From the NCBI GenBank assembly GCA_040755995.1, contig JBFMAF010000040.1, positions 1-64,000 on the forward strand: 64,000 nucleotides of DNA, read 5' to 3'. The number at the start of each line of letters is the position of its first letter. Position 1 is the stretch's first letter. This document shows positions 56,410-64,000 of the stretch, one piece after another. The stretch comes from Acidobacteriota bacterium (GTDB taxonomy: Bacteria > Acidobacteriota > CAIWXX01). The notes beneath the pieces are model-generated. The model saw only the letters and a list, made by a program, of their open reading frames with translations, did not search any database and was not told the origin of the DNA. Both the position numbers and the translations under genes were made by a program.

Positions 56410-58479
56410 ATGAACGGGGGACCTGTCCGCATGGCCGAGACGGGTGTGGACGTATGCCTTGTCTACATGCCATACGCCCCTATCGAGCCTCCTCCTCTCG
56501 GCATCGCACTGCTTGCGGGTGGAGCGAGGCGGGCGGGACTCTCCGTCGCAGCCCTGTATCCATCGTTCATGTTCGCAGAGAGAATCGGCTACTTCGTCTA
56601 CAGGGCCGTCCTGGAGGCGATCGGCGGATTTCAGATTGCCGAGTGGACGTTTTCGAAAGTCGCCTTCGCGGATTTCCGACCTGATGACGAGACCTTCCTC
56701 AGCGAGTACCTCGACTCCGAGCGACGACACGACCCGGCCAAGTTCGACCTGCTTTTTCGCGACGAGGGCTCCTTCCTTGAGGCCCTGCAGGGGATACGCG
56801 CTGCGGCCGAGCCGTTCATCAACGAGCTTGCCCGGGAGATCATGGAGCGGCAGCCCAAGATCGTCGGCTGCAGCTCGACGTACTATCAGAACTGCTCGTC
56901 CCTCGCGCTGCTGCGCAAGCTCAAGGAGCTCAGTCCCGGCACGATCACGATGATGGGTGGGGCCAACTGTGAAGGCTCCATGGGCGTGGTCGTGAAACGC
57001 GCATTTCCGTGGGTGGACGTGGTGGTTTCAGGCGAGGCCGATGAGCTGTTTGTGCCTCTCTGCCGGAGGCTCCTCGAACCGGGCAAAGACGCCCTCGGGC
57101 AAGAACTCCCCTCAGGTGTATTTACGTCGCGGATTCAGGGCGAAACCCCGGCGATGGACGCTCCCGTTGCGATGGTCACCGGCTTGAGCGAGCTCCCGCT
57201 GCCGGACTACAGCGAGTACTTCGAGGAACGTGCCTCGTTCTCATACGAGACAGCTCTCTCGGCGCCCAGTCTGTCCATCGAAACGTCACGTGGATGCTGG
57301 TGGGGCCACAAGGGCCAGTGCGCATTCTGCGGAGGAAACGGTCAGAGGATCTGCTACCGGGCGAAGAGACCCGACCAGGTGCTGCTCGAGATTGGCGCAC
57401 TCAGCGACAGATACTCGGTAAGTCGGTTCGTTGCCACGGACAACATCCTTGACCTGTCATATTTCACGAGTGTGCTGCGCGAGCTGGCCGGCACGGATCC
57501 CCCGATGTACTCGTTCTTTTTCTCCGTCGCATCGAACCTGAGCGAGGCTCAGTGCAAACGTCTCGTCGAGGCCGGCGTGACCAGAATGCAGCCGGGCATC
57601 GAGAGTCTACACGACGAGCTTCTGGCGCTCATGAACAAGGGGAACACCGCGGTCGGAAACATAGCGCTGCTGAAGTTTGCTTGCGAGAACGGCATCAAGA
57701 CTACCTGGAACATCCTCGTGGATATCCCAGGGGAACAGGACGAGTGGTACGGCGAGATGGCTGAGCTGATCCCCCTCATCGCACACCTTCAGCCGCCTCA
57801 CAAGATCATGTCGGTTCACTTCGAGCGCTTCAGTTCGTACCATCGCGATCAAGCCCGTCACGGGCTCGCTCTCACGCCGCATCGCTGGTACTCGTACGTC
57901 TATCCGCTCACGCCAGGTGAGTTGCATGATTTCGCCCGCCTCTTCGAGAATCAAAACCGCGCAGCGCCGGGGGAGACGCGGGGCAGGAGGGCGCTTGAGA
58001 AAGCCGCGCTGGCGTGGATGCAGTCGCACAGCCGGGGCGAGTCGGAACAGGAGCCGCCGATGCTGACGGTGAGGGAAGAGAACGGCCGCTCAGTCATCAG
58101 GGATACGAGACCCTGTGCTATCGCGAACGAGGCGGTGCTCGACGACATCGCAGCCGTCGTCTATCGCGCCTGCCACGCGCCGCGGTCGCTCGAGACCCTC
58201 TCCAGAATCCTGGGCTCTTCGACGGAGCGGTTCTTCTCGGGCGCCGCCATCAGCCGGGCGGTCGAGGACTTGAGCGAACGCCGGCTCCTCTTGCAGCTCA
58301 GCGGCCGGCACCTCGCTCTGGCCCTGCGCGAGCCCCTCAAGCCCTTCGTCTATCCGCCCGATTACAGCCTCCCACGCCTGCAGTCAGTGCTGTCGAGGAG
58401 CGGGAAGTCGTACTGGAGAGTCCTTGAAGCCCTCGACAGGCAAGTGGCATCCCGGCACCTCTCCATTTTGCTCGCGTGA
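56410..58479 (+). CDS. Cobalamin-dependent radical SAM methyltransferase, RiPP-maturation type
   Basis: B12-binding region (PKIVGCSS, MGGANCEGSMG, SGEAD); ETSRGCWWG..QCAFC (Cx7Cx2C); QPGIESL; helical C-terminus. Confidence 0.9.
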   Translation: MNGGPVRMAETGVDVCLVYMPYAPIEPPPLGIALLAGGARRAGLSVAALYPSFMFAERIGYFVYRAVLEAIGGFQIAEWTFSKVAFADFRPDDETFLSEYLDSERRHDPAKFDLLFRDEGSFLEALQGIRAAAEPFINELAREIMERQPKIVGCSSTYYQNCSSLALLRKLKELSPGTITMMGGANCEGSMGVVVKRAFPWVDVVVSGEADELFVPLCRRLLEPGKDALGQELPSGVFTSRIQGETPAMDAPVAMVTGLSELPLPDYSEYFEERASFSYETALSAPSLSIETSRGCWWGHKGQCAFCGGNGQRICYRAKRPDQVLLEIGALSDRYSVSRFVATDNILDLSYFTSVLRELAGTDPPMYSFFFSVASNLSEAQCKRLVEAGVTRMQPGIESLHDELLALMNKGNTAVGNIALLKFACENGIKTTWNILVDIPGEQDEWYGEMAELIPLIAHLQPPHKIMSVHFERFSSYHRDQARHGLALTPHRWYSYVYPLTPGELHDFARLFENQNRAAPGETRGRRALEKAALAWMQSHSRGESEQEPPMLTVREENGRSVIRDTRPCAIANEAVLDDIAAVVYRACHAPRSLETLSRILGSSTERFFSGAAISRAVEDLSERRLLLQLSGRHLALALREPLKPFVYPPDYSLPRLQSVLSRSGKSYWRVLEALDRQVASRHLSILLA

Positions 58480-58523
58480 GCGCGCGAGGGAGCCAGCGGG
58501 CTGGAGCCCCGCGGACAGGGAAT

Positions 58524-58904
58524 CTACCGGAGGCCGAGTCCGCGCCGAAGGACGACTCGCAAGCGCCGCACAATGCGGACGGCATCATTCGCCTCAGGGA
58601 CGGTGGCCGTCATTCCAGGATAGCGGATGAGCACGCCATAGGGGTTGAGAGCCCGAACCAGCGGCGAGTGCGTGCGCAGACTCGTGTCGCATACGGCACA
58701 CAACTCCAGCAGATCTTCCAGATCGTGGATGCGCGGTGGCGTGACTCCGTGAGCCGTCAAGTAGGCTTTCAGGTACTTCTCCAGGCACTGCTGGCAATGA
58801 TAGCAGACCGCGTCAGGCAGTGGTTCCCTACGACGGCGATTCAGCGCGACGGCACTCTTGTAATCCGTCTCGGCCTTCGAGATCCACTCATCGAGCAGAC
58901 TCAC
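58524..58904 (-). CDS. HEPN domain protein
   Basis: WISKAETD, CYHCQQCLEKYLKA, PRIHDL, RYP. Confidence 0.92.
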   Translation of the reverse strand: MSLLDEWISKAETDYKSAVALNRRRREPLPDAVCYHCQQCLEKYLKAYLTAHGVTPPRIHDLEDLLELCAVCDTSLRTHSPLVRALNPYGVLIRYPGMTATVPEANDAVRIVRRLRVVLRRGLGLR

Positions 58905-59265
58905 GGCGATACAGCACCTTGCCCTTCTCTAGGATCTCGGCGATGAAGAAGTCGCCCATCGCGAGCCGGTCCTCGATCTCAGCGGGAGTGCGAACGATAA
59001 TGTCCATAGGCAAAAAGCGAACCTTGGCCACCTCCCTGACACGCCTGATCCGTTGCGCCATCAGCTCGTCGGAGTCCATGATCACCAACAGATCCAGGTC
59101 GCTGTTGATGTTCGGCGTACCGTATGCGTGAGAGCCGAAGAGGACAATCCCGTATGGTTGGAAGGTGTCGACGATGCGTCGTGTCATACTGGACAGGAGC
59201 GCATCCGTGACAGCGGGTCTCAGTTCTGCCCAGTTGACAGCCGCGAGATCTCTCCTTTCGCTCAT
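58888..59265 (-). CDS. Minimal nucleotidyltransferase (MNT antitoxin)
   Basis: LFGSHAYG...SDLDLLVI; overlaps the HEPN gene. Confidence 0.92.
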   Translation of the reverse strand: MSERRDLAAVNWAELRPAVTDALLSSMTRRIVDTFQPYGIVLFGSHAYGTPNINSDLDLLVIMDSDELMAQRIRRVREVAKVRFLPMDIIVRTPAEIEDRLAMGDFFIAEILEKGKVLYRRESAR

Positions 59266-59473
59266 GCCGTCCTTTTAACTCAAAAGCTTCTGCGGCGCAA
59301 CCGTGCTGGTGCACGTGGAGGAATCGAGCTGATCACAGCGAGGGCGCCAGGCAGGGACCCGAGCTCTTCTCCCTCGGCTCCCACGCCCGGTTGTGTCACC
59401 CCGGTTCGTATCTCCATCACCGCATCTCCTCCTGCTTCGACGCCCCTTCTGCTCGGAGCCGTGCACGAGGGAT

Positions 59474-59630
59474 CTACTTCACCCGGAATGCAACAGTATT
59501 GCTCTTGGCCCCGTTCGAGACAACATAGACGCTCACGTTTCCCTTCTTGCACTTGCTCGGAATCGTCACCTGCAGGCTCGTTGCCCCGGCGCGCTTGATC
59601 ACAGCCTTGTTCTTTCCGAAGTAGGGGATA
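59474..59630 (-). pseudogene. Orphan C-terminal IPT/TIG domain fragment
   Basis: FGKNKAVIKR...VTIP...VSVYVVSNGAKSNTVAFRVK aligns by eye with the tail of the 37363-39309 protein. Confidence 0.65.
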
Positions 59631-59731
59631 TCGGCGGCGCTGCTCATGGCGAATTTGCAGGCCGCCCTCCGGGGGCAGGCGATGAACGCACCCGATGATG
59701 GACCCTGCCTCAACGAATCAGATGGCGATGA

Positions 59732-61246
59732 TCAATAGCCGTCCTTGCAATACGTGTCTGGGCCCGGCCGGATGAAGGTCGACAAGTCTAGCTGAGCGGT
59801 CGGATCCATGCGGTTATTGTCATCATGGTACTTGGAGGTGGCCAGCTTCAGTGGCACATTCATATGAGGTTGGAATCCATAACGGTCGACAAGGGTTCTA
59901 TACTGCCGGATGTTGCCACCCTTCTTCACCCTCAACACCATGTAGTCCGAGGCCCAGATGATGTCCCTGCCTTCAACCGGGTAATCCTCGCCCGGGAAGT
60001 GGTTCCTGACGCTCTGGAGCGCGCAGGCGACTGTGTCATTGGCTGCCGGGAAATGCGCGAGAACGGCGAGCCTCGGGCGGGGATTGATCTGGCTGAGAAG
60101 GTAGCCGTAAGCCCCTTGCGGCGTGTGGGAGCTCTCTTCTACCGTCTTGGCCATGTGGACCCCGAGTACAAACTTCGGGTCATTCCAATCCGGCGCCGTT
60201 ATGCCCATATTCTTCATCGTCAGGATTTCCGGCGGCAGGATCATCTCGTGTATGAACACGTCCGCGCCGGCCGCCATATCTATGCTGACAGTCTCGGGCC
60301 TCGTATCACTGCTGTAAACCATGGAAATGCCGTTCCATTCGACCTTGTACCCCATGGAGCCCTTCCTGCAGTGGATAACCGGGAAGTGCGTGATCTTCAC
60401 CCCGGTTTTCGGGTTGTCGTAAGCGACACCTACACTCTTCCAGTCCAATTCGATCGGGACCATCGCAAAGCCATCGTATGGGGGATCATCGGAGACGGGA
60501 ACGGGATCGCATGGCAGCCCCCACGAGTCTTTCGTAGGAACTTCATAATTATCAGGTCCAACGGTGGTCTTCAGGAAGCTAAAGCTCTCCGAATGCCAGC
60601 GCATCGCATCACGCATGTGAGAGCAGAAACTGTTGACACCATCCTGGTACTTCCTGGCCGGATTGGTTCCCCAGGCGGGAGACAGCACTCCCGAAGGCGA
60701 CTGACCCCAGACGTACAGTGGAGTCTTGCGGTCTTCGGCAGGTCCGAAGCAGTAGACGCATGGCAGATCGCCCATGTGATCTCCATGCAGGTGGGTGATG
60801 AAGATCTTGTCCATCCTGCCGTACGAAATCCCCATAGCGCCGTAGTTATTCGCTGTTCCCGGGCCGATGTCGAAGACGAAAGAGTCTTTCGCTTTGCCCC
60901 ATCCATCGAGGGGGCCTTTTTCCCATGGTCCTACCTCAACGAAGATGCTCATCAACTGCTGCGTCCTTCTGGCAGGGGGGAAGTTTGTCCCTAGAAACGT
61001 GATCCGCATTTCATCTTCGTCGAGGTTCTGCTGCATCTGCTCCGAGAAATCCGGCAATGTGAGCGGATAGTCATACCTCATCGTCTGATCCTTGGGCACC
61101 GGATAGCCGCAGGCATTAGGGCCGCATTGCAGGATATCGTCCGCAGCCCCAGCGATGGTGCCTCCAGCCGCCAGCCCGCCGATCGCAAGCCCGGAAGTCT
61201 TCAACAGGTCCCGCCTCGTTATTCCTTCGTTTGAATTCCCACTCAT
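59732..61246 (-). CDS. Tat-exported MBL-fold metallohydrolase (RNase Z/arylsulfatase-like)
   Basis: TRRDLLK twin-arginine signal; ITFLGT, THLHGDH, SDT, IHE, SHT; GAGGAGG RBS. Confidence 0.88.
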   Translation of the reverse strand: MSGNSNEGITRRDLLKTSGLAIGGLAAGGTIAGAADDILQCGPNACGYPVPKDQTMRYDYPLTLPDFSEQMQQNLDEDEMRITFLGTNFPPARRTQQLMSIFVEVGPWEKGPLDGWGKAKDSFVFDIGPGTANNYGAMGISYGRMDKIFITHLHGDHMGDLPCVYCFGPAEDRKTPLYVWGQSPSGVLSPAWGTNPARKYQDGVNSFCSHMRDAMRWHSESFSFLKTTVGPDNYEVPTKDSWGLPCDPVPVSDDPPYDGFAMVPIELDWKSVGVAYDNPKTGVKITHFPVIHCRKGSMGYKVEWNGISMVYSSDTRPETVSIDMAAGADVFIHEMILPPEILTMKNMGITAPDWNDPKFVLGVHMAKTVEESSHTPQGAYGYLLSQINPRPRLAVLAHFPAANDTVACALQSVRNHFPGEDYPVEGRDIIWASDYMVLRVKKGGNIRQYRTLVDRYGFQPHMNVPLKLATSKYHDDNNRMDPTAQLDLSTFIRPGPDTYCKDGY

Positions 61247-61769
61247 CGATCATCCTCCTCTAGCGTTCTTCTTTGTCCCGAAATAATCGCCCCCGTTATC
61301 TCGACAACATACAGGAGCGGCTCCGTGTGCCATGTGAATCAATAGACCGGGGATATTCAGCGCAATCCATCTTTCGCTGCTCTCGCCATCAGGCCACCCA
61401 TGGCAGCGTCCAACTCGTCCTGGTTCGGCTTCCCCTTCAGCTCCCTGACAAGCGCCAGTAGCGCCCCGCTCAGTTCAGACTCACTTGCCACTTTCTCAGC
61501 TTTGAGCCAACTCATGAAACTTAAGAACTCGCTTTCAAGTGACTGCTTTCGAGAGCCCGAACTCCATGAGCATTAGACAACATATGGACAAATCCCACCA
61601 CTGTTTTTTCCATGTGTGGTTCGGCTGCTCGGATGAATGACTGTGCCGGCATTAGCCTGTACTTGCTCTTTTCATATGGCACTGGATCCATGAAGAAACC
61701 GCGAGGCCACACCGGTTTCTGACCCGTGGTATCCAGAATGACGTTGCGCAGAAGCGCGGCGGGTGTTTC

Positions 61770-62676
61770 CTACTGCAGTATGACGAAGTCTCGACTGGAG
61801 ATGTCGAAGAAGATGCTTCCCACGGACTCTATCTTGACCCGGGCCCTCATGGTCGCTACGCGAGGCACAATGATTGTGTGGGATCCGTCATTGGGAATCG
61901 CGTCGGCCAGGATGTAGGGAAAGGACTGCCCCCTGTCGATGGACAGCAGGATCCGGACGAGCTCGGTGCCGATCGGCGGCAGATTCGTGCCCGCGACTTT
62001 CCACTTGACCGTGCGCCTCTGCCCCGCGACCCAGTTGACCGGCCCGTTTGGACTGCTGACCGCAAAGGGGCCGGCCGAGGCGACCGACGTAACCCGCATC
62101 GAGTCGAAAGCCACACCTGATCCGCCTGCGCGATTGTCGCGGACGGTCACGCGAAACGCCATGGTCCGGTCCGTAACAGGTAGCGTTTCGCCCAAGGTCG
62201 ACGAATTCGAGAGGATGTCTCCGAGCCTGGGAAACGTGCGAGTGGGTAGTGTCGTGGGCGGAAAGGAACGGAATATCGGCCTCGTTCCGTCATCGCCCAT
62301 CGGAGGCGATGCATCGCCCAGATCGAACTCCTCCCAACAGTACGTGAGCACGTCGCCGTCCGGATCGGTTGCGGATGCGGTGAGCGCGAACGACGGGCGG
62401 CTCGGTATTGTATAGTCGATCCCGGCCTCGACCGCCGGCCGCCTGTTCCGGGTTGCAAGGTGTTTTGAGCAGTAGTCCTCGGAGAACGCAATGCGCTGAC
62501 TGATCTCCTCCAGGCTGCCCGCGTGGAAGTAGTCATCGCTGTGCGGCTGGAGGCTCTCCTGCTCGCAGTCACCGGCATAGCTCATGATGGTGGACCCGCT
62601 TCCGGGCTCGTACGCCCTCCTGGCGGTCCTGGAACAGCAGCACCGAGAACACCCGTGGACGAAGTCTGCAGTTCAT
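61770..62676 (-). pseudogene. Reprolysin-like (M12) metallopeptidase with an internal deletion
   Basis: An RBS and the start MNCRLRPRVFSVLLF are joined out of frame to AYEPGSGSTIMSYAG.C...YFH..S. The HExxH zinc motif is absent. Confidence 0.78.
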
Positions 62677-62868
62677 AACACCTCTCCGGAATATCTGACA
62701 CAGACTCGAGTCGCCGTCAATCAGGCAGTGGGGCGGCGAGGACCATAAACCACTCACACCCCGCTTGATTGGGTGGCGGGCGATGCGGCCCCAGCCGCTT
62801 GAGCTCGGGCCGGCGGCTCATCGAACCGCGTACGGGCGCTTCCCTCAGACACCAGGGCGGCCGGCAGA

Positions 62869-64000
62869 TCATGGTAGGCTTTCCGCTCTACCGGCCGGAC
62901 GATGCAACGCATCATGCACCTCCCGCAGGAGCTCCGTGAGCAAGAAGGGTTTGCTCAAGAAGGCCACACTGCCTGGCCCCGGCTTCATCAGACCTCTGAT
63001 ATCGTGACTGCGTTCACGAAGGACGATCAGCGGCGGACGGCCCGGGTGAGACATCAGTCGCTGTGCCGCGTGCAGCCCACCGGAACGAGGCCCGGCGAGA
63101 TCGACGATGACGACATCGGCATCGCGCAAGTGTGAATCGACGACACCGGGTGCATCCGACACGCTCGCCAAGGGGATGGTGGCGTAGCCTGCGTCCTTCA
63201 GCGCCGTGCATACCAGGTCGAGCATTTCGGCATCTTCGTTCAGGACGAGCACCGTGGCGCTTGGCTCGCTCTCCGGAGGCGCACGAGTGAATCCGACCGG
63301 CTGGTCTTGCAGACTTCCGCTCGGGTCCAGTGGGAAGTAGACCGAGATAGTCGCTCCCTGCATCTGAACGCTGCTGATCCGCATCGCGCCTCCAAGCCTC
63401 TTGACAATGCCGCGGGCAGTCGAGACTCGGCGAGCGACTGGCCCGTCCCGATCGTCCGGTTCACCGGGCGAATTCAGGATGCGTTCCAGATCTTCCAGAT
63501 GAGGCCGCTCTCCCGTGTCTCGAATTCCGAGAACGATGCAGCGGCCCGGATTCATGCCGAGTGCGCGGGCGAGCGGTTCATCAAGAGCGCCGCGGAGTGT
63601 TTTTACCAGAATGGTGCCGGATTCCCCAACGGCGTCGATTGCATTCTGCATCAGCAACACGAGGACACGTTGCACCTCGGCCCGATCCCCACCTATGGGC
63701 AGGGCCTCCGTGTGCAGGTCGAGGCGGACCTCGATCGCCGGGCCGAGCCCGTACTCGACCATCGAGACGGTTTCCCGGGCGAGCGGGTTCAAGTCGAATG
63801 TCTCACGTGTCTCCGGGTATCGATAGGCGAAACCGAGGAGGCAATCGACGAGCCTGATGATGGACTGTGTGGATCTGCTGATCGCTTCGATCTGCCGGGC
63901 TTGGGGGCTCTGTTCCTCCACGGTGGCTCTGAGCATAGAGGCACGAGCAAGGATCGAGGAGAAAGAGTTTCCGAGGAGGTGGGCGATGCCGGATGCCACG
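62869..64000 (-). CDS. Hybrid histidine kinase/receiver protein, 3' part, with degenerate kinase motifs
   Basis: GIAHLLGN, QNAIDA and IRDTG are present but the F and G2 boxes are not. The receiver domain has VD and KPF. The frame is open at the window edge. Confidence 0.82.
   Translation of the reverse strand, partial: VASGIAHLLGNSFSSILARASMLRATVEEQSPQARQIEAISRSTQSIIRLVDCLLGFAYRYPETRETFDLNPLARETVSMVEYGLGPAIEVRLDLHTEALPIGGDRAEVQRVLVLLMQNAIDAVGESGTILVKTLRGALDEPLARALGMNPGRCIVLGIRDTGERPHLEDLERILNSPGEPDDRDGPVARRVSTARGIVKRLGGAMRISSVQMQGATISVYFPLDPSGSLQDQPVGFTRAPPESEPSATVLVLNEDAEMLDLVCTALKDAGYATIPLASVSDAPGVVDSHLRDADVVIVDLAGPRSGGLHAAQRLMSHPGRPPLIVLRERSHDIRGLMKPGPGSVAFLSKPFLLTELLREVHDALHRPAGRAESLP

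Noticed and set aside
59280..59418. Small ORF MEIRTGVTQPG... with an AGGAGG upstream
   Set aside because: No motif or homology is evident, and it is on the opposite strand to the radical SAM genes.

Overview
A GC-rich, densely coding bacterial chromosomal window; the taxon cannot be determined from this sequence. I found no rRNA, tRNA, CRISPR array or intact transposase. Housekeeping and common genes include the nuoN 3' end, pfkA, mdh, an S46 peptidase, a DAACS symporter, an MFS exporter, ABC transporters, a two-component pair and an ECF sigma/Spy operon. They are interspersed with toxin-antitoxin-like modules and many short gene scars. The most unusual locus is a translationally coupled operon at 13.5-22.5 kb. 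It encodes a membrane-fusion protein, a divergent AcrB-like RND permease that lacks the TM4 aspartate pair and is fused to an intact ABC ATPase, an ABC permease fused to an M1-peptidase-like domain with no HExxH, a second permease and a second ATPase. Other notable items are a GPP34/GOLPH3-like domain fused to a FdhF/YdeP molybdoenzyme beside a CoA-acylating aldehyde dehydrogenase, a radical SAM/SPASM plus B12-dependent RiPP-type methyltransferase pair with no visible precursor, a repeated promoter-like motif and a dispersed inverted-repeat element. All family calls come from motif recognition by eye, not database searches.
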